Virus record (IMG/VR): IMGVR_UViG_3300033402_000312
Length of the DNA stretch: 64,000 nucleotides
Source: a virus
Strand: one strand, 5' to 3'
Part shown: in pieces, positions 9,289-19,401 of the stretch
Layout: each line of letters begins with the position of its first letter
Position numbering within the stretch: the stretch's first letter is position 1
Notes under the pieces: model-generated
Told to the model about the DNA's origin: nothing
The model's database searches: none
Seen by the model: the letters and a program-made list of their open reading frames with translations, nothing else
Translations under genes and position numbers: made by a program

Positions 9289-10410
9289 ATGGCAACAAGC
9301 CCGACTCCGCTGAGTCTCAGCAACTTCTCGCCGAAATCCTTCTGGAAGAAACCGGAAGGCAAGCCCGGAATGATCTTGATGGCGGTCCTCGCGGCTGCCG
9401 GTGCATACGGGCTGTACCTGGCCCTCCCTTTCCTCATCACGCTGGTCGCGAACACGCTTTACCTTGCCCTCCTCGTTGGCGTGCTCGTCGGCATGGTTGC
9501 CCTCGTGATGAACGGCACTGTGCAAACGCTTGCGAAGAACATTTTCCAGTCGCTTTGCCGGGGCGTCGCCACGATATATACCACCATCGACCCTATCGGC
9601 ATCCTGAAGAATCAGCTTGACGACATGCGCAAGGCGAAGGCGGAGCTTGACGGAACCATCCAGCGCTTCGCCGGGTCGGACAACAACCTGAGAACCAACA
9701 TCGCCAAGAAAACCCAAGAGATCATGACGCTTAAGGCGGAAGCGGACGCTGCGCAGAACATGCTCCCCCGTAAGACCGACGATCTGGAAATCGAGCGTAT
9801 CAAGTTGCAGCAGGAGACCTACCTCCAGAAGGCGGGCCTGCTGATGCAGGCTGTCCAGCAGCTTCAGGCGCTCGAAGACCAGACCAAGGACATGCTCGTC
9901 AAGTTCCGCCACTGGTCGCAGGTCTCGGACGCCAAGATCGACCGCACTGCGATGAAGGTGGAAATCTTCGCCGAGCAGCGCAAGATGATCCTTGACGCGA
10001 AGGCAACCCTTGGCATAGGCATGCGCTTGCTGAGGGGCGATTCCGAGCAGCTAAAGCTCGTTGACGGCGCAATCGAGTTCTTGCAGGACGATGCCGCCCA
10101 GACCCTCGGCGAAATCCAAGAATTCAACCGCTTCTCCGACAAGATGCTCACCGACATCGACATTGAAAACAGCGCGAACGCCGAACTGGCCCGCAAGAGG
10201 TTCGCCGACATGGGCACGAAGCTCGAAGCCTCCGCCAACCGCCCAAGCGCCGTTGACCAGCTTCAGGCTGCCCTTGCCGGGGCGAACAGCAGCCCGATCA
10301 GCATCCCAACGACCCCGGTCGTGGGACACGGCGCGGCACGCGGCACTGCGGCTGGCATGAATCCCGGAAGCACGGGCACCAACGATTACAGCGATTTGTT
10401 CAAGGGCTAA
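9289..10410 (+). CDS. membrane-anchored coiled-coil protein
   Basis: two N-terminal TM helices then ~250 aa coiled coil; AAAGGAAAA RBS. Confidence 0.5.
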   Translation: MATSPTPLSLSNFSPKSFWKKPEGKPGMILMAVLAAAGAYGLYLALPFLITLVANTLYLALLVGVLVGMVALVMNGTVQTLAKNIFQSLCRGVATIYTTIDPIGILKNQLDDMRKAKAELDGTIQRFAGSDNNLRTNIAKKTQEIMTLKAEADAAQNMLPRKTDDLEIERIKLQQETYLQKAGLLMQAVQQLQALEDQTKDMLVKFRHWSQVSDAKIDRTAMKVEIFAEQRKMILDAKATLGIGMRLLRGDSEQLKLVDGAIEFLQDDAAQTLGEIQEFNRFSDKMLTDIDIENSANAELARKRFADMGTKLEASANRPSAVDQLQAALAGANSSPISIPTTPVVGHGAARGTAAGMNPGSTGTNDYSDLFKG

Positions 10411-10477
10411 GCTTTAACCGTCAGCCCGCAACCGGGCTGACGGAGCATCAAAAATATCAGGAGGAGAGAAAAAGAAC

Positions 10478-12298
10478 ATGGCACACATCAAACCCCAAGC
10501 CAAGATTGCATTGGTGGTGATCCTCGTGGTGGGCGTGGTCTTCGGACTCCGCATCGCTGGCGAGCACGGGTATATTCCAGTTCCCGGCTATCTGCATTCT
10601 CTGGTTCCTCAGAAAGCTAACATTCCCGACGTGCGCGACGCCGAAGTCTCCAACGTCACCCCGGTCGCGCTTCCGACCAGTTCGCCAGCTACTGTGCAAA
10701 GCACTTTGATTCGCGGCGAAATCTGGGAGTGGAACGCCCAGATGGGCTTGCTCTTTGCAAATGGCGGCCCAACCACAACCCAAGGCTCGCTGATGGCGAA
10801 GCGCAACGTCAACTTGATGCTTATCCGTCAGGACGACACCAACAAGATGCAGGAAGACCTGATCGCCTGCGCGAATGAACTCCATGGCGGCGCTACCCAG
10901 TGCTCAAACGGGGCGAACTTCGTTGTGATCATGGGCGACGGCTCGGGCCAGTTCGCGGCTGCGGTCAACCCCCAGCTTGCGAAGCTTGGACCGCAGTACC
11001 TCGTGAAGGTCATTGCCGCGACCGGCTATTCCCGTGGCGAGGACGCCTTCATGGCACCGCCAGAGGTCAAGAGGTCCGCTTCCAACGCCAAGGGCATCCT
11101 CGTGGAGGGCGTGCTCCGCGATGGCGACTGGAACATTGCCATGAAGTGGGCTGCCGACAACAACATCCCGAACAACCCCGACGAGCACACATACGACTCG
11201 GACGCCATCAACTGGGTCAACGCCCCCGACTACAACACTGCCGCATCCGACTACGTCGCTGGCAAGTGCGAAGACCGCAAGGTTGTCAAGGACGGACACC
11301 CAACCGGGGACACCAAGCACGTCTGCGTTAACGCGGTCGTGACGTGGACACCAGGCGACGTCACTGCCGTCACGCAAAAGGGCGGATTGGTGAAGGTCGT
11401 GTCATCCAAGCAGTATCGCTCGCAAATGCCAGCCGTCATCCTCGGCCCGGAGAAGTTTTTCGCCGACAACCGCGACGAGATCACCAACATGGTCGCAGCA
11501 ATGTTCGAAGGTGGCGATCAAGTGAAGGCGTTCGACCAGTCATTGCACGCTGCTGCGACCATCTCAACGAAGGTCTACAACGACGAGGGCGACAGTGTCA
11601 GCCACGGCGGGGAGTTCTGGTACAAATATTTCAAAGGCGTGGACTACCGCGACTCTGAGGGGAACACCGTACTTCTTGGCGGCTCGGCGGTCAACAACCT
11701 CGACGACAACTTGATCCTGTTCGGTCTCAAGCCGGGCACGAACGACAACTTCCGTTCGACCTACACTGTCTTCGCGAACATCGACGTGCAGCAGTATCCC
11801 ACGCTGTTCAAGGAGACCCCGATCCCGGACGTCAAGACAGTCGAAGACAAGTCGTACATCACCGGAGCGCAAGCTATACTCTCCGGCGAAGGCGACGTCG
11901 GCTCCGAGGCGCAGACTGTGGACTACACGTCGCAGGCTTCCGGCGAGACTGTCTCGAACCGTTCTTACAACATCCAGTTCCAAACCGGCAGCAGCGTCCT
12001 GACTCCCGCTGGCGAAGACCAACTCCGCCAGTTGAAGGATGGTTTGGCGATCACCGGGCTGTTCATCAGGGTGGACGGATATACCGACAACACCGGCTCC
12101 GACACGGTCAACATCCCGCTGTCGCAAGCCCGCGCCGAGTCGGTGAGGAACTTCCTCCAGCGCAACTATCCGGGAACGTTCCCGAACAGGCGCTTCCAGA
12201 CAGCGGGGCACGGCTCGCAGAACCCCATCGCCAGCAACGCGACGGCTGAAGGCAAAGCCCAGAACCGCAGGGTCGAGATAACCCTTGTGGGTCAGTGA
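10478..12298 (+). CDS. ABC transporter substrate-binding protein (NitT/TauT-like) fused to C-terminal OmpA-like peptidoglycan-binding domain
   Basis: N-term TM anchor; middle resembles SsuA/TauA-type substrate-binding protein; C-term OmpA motif GYTDNTGSDTVNIPLSQARAESV...NRRVEI; AGGAGGAGAGAAA RBS. Confidence 0.65.
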   Translation: MAHIKPQAKIALVVILVVGVVFGLRIAGEHGYIPVPGYLHSLVPQKANIPDVRDAEVSNVTPVALPTSSPATVQSTLIRGEIWEWNAQMGLLFANGGPTTTQGSLMAKRNVNLMLIRQDDTNKMQEDLIACANELHGGATQCSNGANFVVIMGDGSGQFAAAVNPQLAKLGPQYLVKVIAATGYSRGEDAFMAPPEVKRSASNAKGILVEGVLRDGDWNIAMKWAADNNIPNNPDEHTYDSDAINWVNAPDYNTAASDYVAGKCEDRKVVKDGHPTGDTKHVCVNAVVTWTPGDVTAVTQKGGLVKVVSSKQYRSQMPAVILGPEKFFADNRDEITNMVAAMFEGGDQVKAFDQSLHAAATISTKVYNDEGDSVSHGGEFWYKYFKGVDYRDSEGNTVLLGGSAVNNLDDNLILFGLKPGTNDNFRSTYTVFANIDVQQYPTLFKETPIPDVKTVEDKSYITGAQAILSGEGDVGSEAQTVDYTSQASGETVSNRSYNIQFQTGSSVLTPAGEDQLRQLKDGLAITGLFIRVDGYTDNTGSDTVNIPLSQARAESVRNFLQRNYPGTFPNRRFQTAGHGSQNPIASNATAEGKAQNRRVEITLVGQ

Positions 12299-12317
12299 TT
12301 AACCCGGCTAAGGGGAA

Positions 12318-12349
12318 GGGGTCGGGATGAAAATCCCGACCCTTTTTGT
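12318..12349 (+). terminator. rho-independent terminator after the substrate-binding/OmpA fusion gene
   Basis: gggtcggga-tgaaaa-tcccgaccc then ttttt. Confidence 0.7.
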
Positions 12350-12587
12350 TTGTGGCTGCATCAAACTGGTAGGAGCGTACGGTGACCAAAAGGGAAGCAA
12401 GGCGTTGCGGTTCGCTCTGCACCGGATGCTACAAGCGCGGAAAGCGGGCAGGGCAGCTATGCTTGAAGGTCAGCAAGTTTTTGGTGCAGATCATGCGCTA
12501 CGACAGATTCGCAAGGCGGGTCAGGAGCGGTGAGGGGCGCTGCGGGGTTCACACACCACGTCACCTTAGGACTGAAAGCCGGGCTAT

Positions 12588-12899
12588 ATGAGCCAGACTT
12601 ACGACAAGAAAACAGTGCTCGCGGCTGCGGACAAGACGGTGCAGGCTGTGCTTGCCGAGCGGAAGATACTGCTTGCGAAGTGGGATTCCAAGAACATCGC
12701 CGTTAGGTTTCTCCTCGGTATGATCGGTATAGTGCGCCCCGACTACCACGGCATATCACGGCAAAAGATCGCCGAGCGCGTTTCGTTCAAGGCGGCGTTC
12801 TGTATAGAGGATGCTACCCATCTCACCGACGACGAGATTGACGCCATCAAACATTGGTGGCTTGTCGAGGAGACTCCGAAGGCGTGCTGGCATGAATGA
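12588..12899 (+). CDS. hypothetical protein
   Basis: 103-aa ORF. Confidence 0.4.
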   Translation: MSQTYDKKTVLAAADKTVQAVLAERKILLAKWDSKNIAVRFLLGMIGIVRPDYHGISRQKIAERVSFKAAFCIEDATHLTDDEIDAIKHWWLVEETPKACWHE

Positions 12900-13677
12900 A
12901 ATCCTAGCGGCGTTCACGCCCAATAGGGCGGTGTCCAAGTCCACGATCAAGCTCATAGTCGGCGTGCAGGTCGTCGTCTTCTTTTTGCTGTGGATGTTCT
13001 CGCCGTTCGTGCTCCTGCCAACCGTCAAGGAAGTCTGGACGGCATTCGTGGAGCAGTGGTACCAAGGGCTGCCGGGCGAGCTTCTCATCAGTTTCTATGC
13101 GAACCTTCAAGCTATCGCCATCTCGTGCGTCATCTCGCTCGGGCTGGCTTACTTGACCGTGCTGGAAGGCTTCCGCCCCGTCGTCGTCTTCCTGTCCAAG
13201 CTGCGCTTTCTGTCGATGATGGGCTTGAGCTTCTTCTTCACTGTGGCGACATCGACCGCCCACCAGCTTAAGATTTCCCTCCTTGTGTTCTCGATCTCCG
13301 TGTTCTTTGTGACCGGGATGGCTGACGTCATCGAGTCTATCCCGAAGGAACAGTACGACCTCGCCCGGACGCTTCGCATGGGGCCGTGGCGCACGGTCTG
13401 GGAAGTCGTGGTGCTGGGGCAGATCGACAAGAGCTTCGACGTGCTGCGCCAGAACGCGGCAATCGGCTGGATGATGCTTAGCATGATCGAGGCAATGGTG
13501 CGAAGCGAGGGCGGCATCGGGGCGATGCTGAGCACCGCCAACAAGCACTTCTATCTCTCCGCCGTATTTGCTATTCAGATAGTAATCTTGTTGACAGGTT
13601 TATTCCAAGACTACATGATCGGCGCATCCAAACGCTTATTCTGCCCCTACGCAGCATTGACATCGGAGCGCAAATGA
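12892..13677 (+). CDS. ABC transporter permease (NitT/TauT family-like)
   Basis: multi-TM, follows substrate-binding gene; ATGAATGA overlap with upstream ORF. Confidence 0.65.
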   Translation: MNEILAAFTPNRAVSKSTIKLIVGVQVVVFFLLWMFSPFVLLPTVKEVWTAFVEQWYQGLPGELLISFYANLQAIAISCVISLGLAYLTVLEGFRPVVVFLSKLRFLSMMGLSFFFTVATSTAHQLKISLLVFSISVFFVTGMADVIESIPKEQYDLARTLRMGPWRTVWEVVVLGQIDKSFDVLRQNAAIGWMMLSMIEAMVRSEGGIGAMLSTANKHFYLSAVFAIQIVILLTGLFQDYMIGASKRLFCPYAALTSERK

Positions 13678-14030
13678 TGAACATCAAAGTCGGGGACACG
13701 GTAACGCGCCTGCTTGCCGGAACCATCCCGATGGAGCTTAAGGTCACCGAGGTCACGGATGACCGCATCGTCTGCGGCGGCTGGGAATTCGACAAAGCGA
13801 CCGGAGTCGAGATCGACGAAGAACTCGGCTGGGGGCCGCCGCCGAAGATGACCGGGAGCTTCATCAAGTCTGGTGTCATGACACCGGCAGAGAAGTTGCT
13901 ATACCAAACGTGTGCTACGTGCTCTGCCTTAAGGCTTTACTATGAAGAGACACGGAGATGCACCTGCGCAGAAGGGTTGAACCCCAACTGCCCGGCTCAC
14001 GGAGACACCAGAAAAAATAACTTGCCTTGA
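13674..14030 (+). CDS. hypothetical protein
   Basis: ATGA overlap; 118 aa. Confidence 0.4.
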   Translation: MMNIKVGDTVTRLLAGTIPMELKVTEVTDDRIVCGGWEFDKATGVEIDEELGWGPPPKMTGSFIKSGVMTPAEKLLYQTCATCSALRLYYEETRRCTCAEGLNPNCPAHGDTRKNNLP

Positions 14031-14064
14031 CTGACACTACGACTGACTGGAAGGAAAAGAAATA

Positions 14065-15003
14065 ATGCCCGCTCTTTACCCATACACCTACGGCGACACA
14101 CTTCTCAAAATAGACAACGTTTGCCTTTCCGCTTCCGCTGACGGCCTGCGCCTGCTGGAAAAGGAGGGGCCGGGCAGCCGTTCCATCCTGAAAAACGTCA
14201 CCGCCGAAGTGAAAAAAATCAACCGCGACGATTACGTGAACGGGCAGATTGTCGGGTTCATCGGTCCATCAGGCATCGGAAAGACCCAGCTATTCCGCAT
14301 TATCGCAGGGCTGAGCACCCCGACGTCCGGCGCTGTCTACGTCAACCGCGAGAGCACCCCGGTTCGGGCTGGCGAAGTGGGCGTCGTCGCCCAGAACTAT
14401 CCCCAGTTCGCGCACCGTACGGTGATGGGCAACCTCCAGCTTGCCGCAAGGCGCAGGGAAAAGGACCCCAAGGTCGCGCACGACAAGATCATGGACCTCC
14501 TGAACGAGTTCGGGCTGGCGGACAAGGCGCACCTCTACCCGGCGCAGCTTTCGGGCGGTCAACGCCAGCGCATCGCTATCATCCAGCAAATCCTCGGGGC
14601 GCAGCATTACTTGCTTATGGACGAGCCGTTCTCCGGTCTGGACATCATCGTCGAGGGCAAGGCTACCGACCTGATCATGAAGGTCGCCAACCGCGACGGG
14701 CTGAACACGGTCATCGTGGTCACGCACGACATCTCGGCGGCCGCCTCGATAGCCGACCACATCTGGGCGCTGGGGCGGCAGTTTGACGTGAACGGTACGC
14801 CGACGCCAGGCCTTCAGATTCCCAGCGAGCAGCTTGCGACCAACGGCGGGATATACCAGCCCTTGGATGGCGCGACTATCGTGAAAACGTACGACTTGAT
14901 CGAGCGGGGCTTGTGCTGGACGCAGATGGGCGACCACGCCATGGTGCAGCCGAATATGGTAGAATTCATCCGTGAGGTGAAGAGTGACTTTTACCATTTC
15001 TGA
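14065..15003 (+). CDS. ABC transporter ATP-binding protein (SsuB/TauB-like)
   Basis: Walker A GPSGIGKT, signature LSGGQRQR, Walker B LLMDEPFSGLD, H-loop VTHD. Confidence 0.8.
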   Translation: MPALYPYTYGDTLLKIDNVCLSASADGLRLLEKEGPGSRSILKNVTAEVKKINRDDYVNGQIVGFIGPSGIGKTQLFRIIAGLSTPTSGAVYVNRESTPVRAGEVGVVAQNYPQFAHRTVMGNLQLAARRREKDPKVAHDKIMDLLNEFGLADKAHLYPAQLSGGQRQRIAIIQQILGAQHYLLMDEPFSGLDIIVEGKATDLIMKVANRDGLNTVIVVTHDISAAASIADHIWALGRQFDVNGTPTPGLQIPSEQLATNGGIYQPLDGATIVKTYDLIERGLCWTQMGDHAMVQPNMVEFIREVKSDFYHF

Positions 15004-15430
15004 AAGATGGCGTTTTTTTCAGCGGGGGCTTGTGTCCTTGTTGGTCATCCCCTTTTTGTGCGCCGTAGCTTGCGACCAGCCAACGCAGCCATCACAGCCA
15101 TCCGTAAGGAACAGAGTCCCCACGGTTGCCCAAACAGATGCGCCTCCGGCTGCACCGCTCTCCACGGACGTCCTGAAGAAGGAAGAGCCTCCGTATTACG
15201 GCTCGACATACTGGGAAGAGCTTCTGACATCGGTCTACTACTATCCGGCTCAGGGTGGCGACAACGGCGACTTGACGGTGCCCTCCACGCACCTGAAGTT
15301 CAATCACCGGGACGACGCCCTCTGGCTGTGCGGCGACCAGCGCAAAATCTTCGAGCCGGGGCGCACGTACAGGCTGCTGGTGACTTTCGAGCCTAATCAG
15401 CCCTGCGTGACGAACTGGAAAATAGAATGA
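14984..15430 (+). CDS. hypothetical exported protein
   Basis: GTG start, N-terminal hydrophobic segment LVSLLVIPFLCAVAC. Confidence 0.4.
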   Translation: MTFTISERWRFFQRGLVSLLVIPFLCAVACDQPTQPSQPSVRNRVPTVAQTDAPPAAPLSTDVLKKEEPPYYGSTYWEELLTSVYYYPAQGGDNGDLTVPSTHLKFNHRDDALWLCGDQRKIFEPGRTYRLLVTFEPNQPCVTNWKIE

Positions 15431-15589
15431 GAAGCGGAAGCATGGATAAAGTCTTGGATTTTTTCGGCAAGCACCCGCTTTTCACAATGCTCGTTTTCGT
15501 GGTGCTATTCTTCGGCGGCTGCGAAGCCGCTGTCAAGCTTCACATAGTTTCGTCTTCGACGAAACTCATGCCATATTAGGAGAACTCCT

Positions 15590-15781
15590 ATGGGGTTTAT
15601 GACCGAGCCGCACGATATACAGCGTGTTAACGCGGTTGCGAAGATCGTGGAGAGCCTCAAGTCCGCGTACCCGGACGTCAAGAAGCTCCACGTTGACATC
15701 CAGTTCGAGTTCGTGCAGACGGAGTTCTGGGGCGACGAGTCGGGTCTTTGCCCTGTGGTGAAGATCGACGTCGAGAGGTAA
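15590..15781 (+). CDS. hypothetical protein
   Basis: TAGGAGAA RBS; 63 aa. Confidence 0.4.
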   Translation: MGFMTEPHDIQRVNAVAKIVESLKSAYPDVKKLHVDIQFEFVQTEFWGDESGLCPVVKIDVER

Positions 15782-15794
15782 ACTGTGAGGCGGC

Positions 15795-16511
15795 ATGGCA
15801 GAAACGGCGTCCGAAGACAAGGTGAAGATTCTCGCGATCAGCGCCTCCACGGTGGCAGACGGCCACGTGGAGCAGATGCTTTCCATCTTTTGCACGCAAG
15901 CTTTCTCCCTTGGCGCTGACGTCGAAATCGTCCGCCTCGTGGAGATGCTTCCCCCTCCCGTGTCCGGCAGGCTGGAAGGCTGGGAACCAGACCCATTCTG
16001 GGAGAAGAAGATCGGCGAGGCCGATGCCGTGGTCATCGCGACGCCCACCCACTGGTTTGCGCCTCCGGCAATCCTGAAGGCTTGGATTGACAACCTGACG
16101 CCGCTTGTCATGAAGAGCGGCAGCGACCTCGTGGGGAAGTTCGCGGGCATCATGATCTACGCCCCCGAGGGGGGCGGGGCTATGCTGGCTGGCTGGTTCG
16201 CGCTCGTGCTCAACAACATCGGTTTCACTATCCCGGCCGACGGCGTCATCTGGCAGGAGGGCCCGTATAAGAAAGCGCAGAACACATGGGTGTACAAGGC
16301 GATACCCGCGCTGGCGGGCAATATCATCGCGCTGGTCATCGCGCTGCGTAGCGTCCCCGCCGACGCATCGGTTTTCCTGACTGAGCGCGTCGCCCGGTAC
16401 CGGGCGCGGGGCGGCAAGAAGAAGAGCGGGCTGTCCGCCCTGATGGAGTTGACCGAGGAGCTTCCGCTAGTGGTGGAGGGCGAGGAGCCGCAGGCACCGC
16501 CTAAGGGGTGA
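15795..16511 (+). CDS. NAD(P)H-dependent FMN reductase-like flavoprotein (flavodoxin-like fold)
   Basis: KILAISAS...ADAVVIATPTHWFAPPAILKAWIDNL matches FMN_red pattern. Confidence 0.55.
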   Translation: MAETASEDKVKILAISASTVADGHVEQMLSIFCTQAFSLGADVEIVRLVEMLPPPVSGRLEGWEPDPFWEKKIGEADAVVIATPTHWFAPPAILKAWIDNLTPLVMKSGSDLVGKFAGIMIYAPEGGGAMLAGWFALVLNNIGFTIPADGVIWQEGPYKKAQNTWVYKAIPALAGNIIALVIALRSVPADASVFLTERVARYRARGGKKKSGLSALMELTEELPLVVEGEEPQAPPKG

Positions 16512-16703
16512 AGATGAAAGCGCCGTTTGAAAATTTCCACATAAAGGTCGATTCTATACTGATGCTTCTCCAAGTGACGCCGCAACCTAATTCCTCGGAG
16601 GAGTGCTGGGACATCGTGAGATGGGTCGAGGACGCCATCCGCGAGAAGCTGGAGCGCGAGCGAGGAGCAACGGAGTGCTGACCGGCATCACGAAGGGACG
16701 ACC

Positions 16704-17024
16704 ATGACCGAGCAGGAGACGGAGAAGTTTGCGGACGAGCTTCTGCTCGTCCTTCACAACGCCGCGAGAAAACACACGCAGGGGGAATACCCGACCTTGG
16801 AGTTCCCGACCTCCGTCAAGGATTTTCCCGAGCCGCTGCGGCTAGCACAGCTAGACCACGCCCGCTATGTCATCGGCTTACTGGATGCAGCGATCAAGGA
16901 AACATTGCTAATGGCAGCGGGGCACCAATCAATCGGCGTATTTGAGTCCCAAGTACACTGTAGTTGCGGCTGGTGTGGTCCAACATGGCGCGACCACATT
17001 CTTGGTCTTGCGCCCGACGCCTAA
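16704..17024 (+). CDS. hypothetical protein
   Basis: 106-aa ORF. Confidence 0.4.
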   Translation: MTEQETEKFADELLLVLHNAARKHTQGEYPTLEFPTSVKDFPEPLRLAQLDHARYVIGLLDAAIKETLLMAAGHQSIGVFESQVHCSCGWCGPTWRDHILGLAPDA

Positions 17025-17050
17025 TAAGGCGGGAGTGACTGGGGGGTAAG

Positions 17051-17536
17051 ATGGACAATCTACGGGAAGCCGTTGACTGGGTGCTAAACGACGCAGCCTT
17101 CAAAGCCCCCGAGCAACTTAACGGAGTCTCAATGTGCTGGATCAAAAAGCTGCAAGAAGCAATTGACGGCGAGCCGCAGCCGCCCGCCTCGGCGCACGAT
17201 GGCTTCGAGAAATACCGCAAGGTTTACGCCTTCGAGATTCCGAAGGACGTTTTGTTCGATTGGCTGGTCGAGCTTGGCTGGTCTACGGTGGATTACAGCT
17301 ACGGGCAGGTAGGCGGGGGAGCGGAAAACCTCGTCCAGTTCCACGCCATAAGCGACCCCGAGGACTCAGCTTTCTCCGTGCTGAACAACGACTGGGACAC
17401 AAAGGATTCCTTGGCGGAGGCGATCAAGAAGGCGTACTTCAAGCTGCAAGACGACCGGAAGAGGGAGCGCCGCGAGCAGTACGAGGAACTCAAAAAAGAG
17501 TTCGAGCCAGGAGATACTGGGGAAGCATCTAAATAA
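17051..17536 (+). CDS. hypothetical protein
   Basis: 161-aa ORF. Confidence 0.45.
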   Translation: MDNLREAVDWVLNDAAFKAPEQLNGVSMCWIKKLQEAIDGEPQPPASAHDGFEKYRKVYAFEIPKDVLFDWLVELGWSTVDYSYGQVGGGAENLVQFHAISDPEDSAFSVLNNDWDTKDSLAEAIKKAYFKLQDDRKRERREQYEELKKEFEPGDTGEASK

Positions 17537-17558
17537 ATGAGCGCAGGGGGAACTGTGC

Positions 17559-17921
17559 ATGGAATACTCTATCAACCAACCCGTGATCTACGAGCACCTC
17601 GACGACAAGTTCACCGGGAAGATCGTCGGGCAGGCTATTTGTCACTACGATGATTTTGGCAAGGTGTGGTGGCGTCTGCGTGTTCCGTTTGAGGGGAAGG
17701 GCTTTACAGCGCCCCGAATGGTGGGTTTTTGTGTCTTGCTGGATAAACCGCTACACGACGGTACCAAAGTTCAACTCGTCCCGTTCAGCCTTGTCCGTCC
17801 GCTCGTCTGCTATTGGTGCCTGGACACCAAGAAAGTCATTGCAAACCCCGTCACCAAGGGGCAGATCGAGTCCGGGGACATCCCGAAAGTTGACTGTCCG
17901 TACTGCAAAAGTGTAAGATGA
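17559..17921 (+). CDS. hypothetical protein with C-terminal CxxC...CxxC
   Basis: 120-aa ORF; CYWC...CPYC. Confidence 0.45.
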   Translation: MEYSINQPVIYEHLDDKFTGKIVGQAICHYDDFGKVWWRLRVPFEGKGFTAPRMVGFCVLLDKPLHDGTKVQLVPFSLVRPLVCYWCLDTKKVIANPVTKGQIESGDIPKVDCPYCKSVR

Positions 17922-17956
17922 CTTGGGGTTTGATCTAAAAAAGGAGAAACATCGCG

Positions 17957-18154
17957 ATGGAAAAGCTACTGACCTACGGTTCCTGCATCAATTGGCAAAT
18001 CGTTGAACTTGAAGACGGCTCGCACGCAATTCGCTGCTCCTCCACCAGCTTGACATTCCCGGCAGAAACCGACGCCGAAGGCGGTTTGAAAATCCCGACC
18101 GTTGACGGCTTGAGATTCGCAGAAACCGAAAAGACTGCGACTGCCACGGTTTAA
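17957..18154 (+). CDS. hypothetical protein
   Basis: AAAGGAGAAA RBS. Confidence 0.4.
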   Translation: MEKLLTYGSCINWQIVELEDGSHAIRCSSTSLTFPAETDAEGGLKIPTVDGLRFAETEKTATATV

Positions 18155-18236
18155 TTTCTGCCCAGAGCGATATGGCTCCATTTTTGGGCCGCATCGCTAT
18201 TCCTTTGTAAATTATTGATTTCAAAACACATAAAAA

Positions 18237-18266
18237 TGGACGATTTCCCGGCTCCGCCTGTATACT
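18237..18266 (+). promoter_or_regulatory. conserved promoter motif TGGACG-N18-TATACT with upstream cacataaaa box
   Basis: tggacg 18237-18242; ctgTATACT 18258-18266. Confidence 0.5.
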
Positions 18267-18434
18267 ACAGGCGAGGAAACGATCCATGGCTACCGACCAA
18301 CGTCAGGCACCACGTTACGGCTCCGGTGAGCGAGTCCGCAGCGCCCAGCGATTGCGCAGGGAAGTCATGGTGACGCAACCTCCGCTTGCCCCGGCGATAC
18401 GACTGTAAGGATCAACCGGGCTAAAGGAGAGCAA

Positions 18435-18668
18435 ATGAAGTTCAAAATCTTTGAGGGCAGCGCCATCCGTGACGTGTACGAGAAGGTCAAGACAGCGGAC
18501 GGGTTGGGCACGACCCTCCAAAAAGTTGGAATCGAGGAGTACACCTTCGTTGTCGAGATCGACGAGCATAGCCTTCGCGCCATGGGCGGACGCGCCGCCC
18601 GCAACAAGAACGGCAGGGCTGTTCGCGGCGGCTTGGTGGCGAGGGTCACGAACCGGAAGAAATCGTAA
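18435..18668 (+). CDS. hypothetical protein
   Basis: AAAGGAGAG RBS; 77 aa. Confidence 0.4.
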   Translation: MKFKIFEGSAIRDVYEKVKTADGLGTTLQKVGIEEYTFVVEIDEHSLRAMGGRAARNKNGRAVRGGLVARVTNRKKS

Positions 18669-18879
18669 GGCGTCGAAGAGGCAAAAAGCATCTAACGAAT
18701 ATGATTGATGTCAACCACCTGTTCACGCTGCACCGCACCTACACGGGTCTCGGCTGCGCCATCTGCGGCAAGGGGCCCGAGTCCCATCCGCCCGACCTGT
18801 GGCTGGTAAACGGTGAGAAGAAGGAACCGCCGAAGGAGAAAAATGTCGAACGAAAGGCGACCGCGCCGGGGGAAGAATA

Positions 18880-19401
18880 GTGATGCCGCGACGGCGCTAT
18901 TGCGACGACGAAAAGCCGGACGAGGAAGACTTCTCGAACACCGAACCGGACGAAGAGGACTTCTCGAACACTCGGCAGGAGCCGGAGGACGTCCGCGCTG
19001 CGCCGGGCATCCCGACGCTCTATGAAATCCGCAGGCACATCCACGAGCACGCATGGAACGGCGACGAGTGCCTGCCGTCCATGACGAACGAGCAAGTCTT
19101 CGCCGGGCAATGTGAGTACGCCTCGACCGCGATCTCGGAGATTCTTACCGGGACAGGCAAGAACGGCAAGCCTGTGGACTGGAACCTCCGTGTGCGGGGG
19201 TGGTATACCGGCGACCTCGGTGGGATCAGGAGCCGCTACGGCTGCGACGGGCATGTTGCCAATGGCAAGCACTGCCACTCATGGGTCGAGCACGGCGGTA
19301 AGATCATCGACGCGACGTGGTGGCAATTCGCTGGGGGCGAAGTCCGGGTCTACGTGTTCGAGTTGGGAGACCCCCGGTTTGTTAGGGACGAAAGCGCATG
19401 A
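18880..19401 (+). CDS. hypothetical protein with tandem PDEEDFSNT repeat
   Basis: 173-aa ORF; DNA-level 27-30 nt tandem duplication. Confidence 0.45.
   Translation: MMPRRRYCDDEKPDEEDFSNTEPDEEDFSNTRQEPEDVRAAPGIPTLYEIRRHIHEHAWNGDECLPSMTNEQVFAGQCEYASTAISEILTGTGKNGKPVDWNLRVRGWYTGDLGGIRSRYGCDGHVANGKHCHSWVEHGGKIIDATWWQFAGGEVRVYVFELGDPRFVRDESA
18916..18972 (+). repeat. ~30-nt tandem repeat encoding PDEEDFSNT x2
   Basis: seen directly. Confidence 0.7.

Noticed and set aside
9136-9912. 258-aa minus-strand ORF across genes 8574-9236 and 9289-10410
   Set aside because: It is antisense to two well-supported plus-strand genes that have RBSs; a high-GC artefact.
10421-10444. Strong 10-bp hairpin cgtcagcccg-caac-cgggctgacg after gene 9289-10410
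   Set aside because: No following U-tract, so not counted as an intrinsic terminator; may still be an RNA stability element.
12327-12591. Overlapping Cys/Arg-rich small ORFs downstream of the terminator at 12318-12349
   Set aside because: Two alternative frames with no RBS and biased composition; unclear which, if either, is real.
16527-16560. ttgaaa ... tatact promoter-like string containing cacataaa
   Set aside because: The -35/-10 spacing (22 nt) is outside the functional range and the conserved GGACA box is missing.
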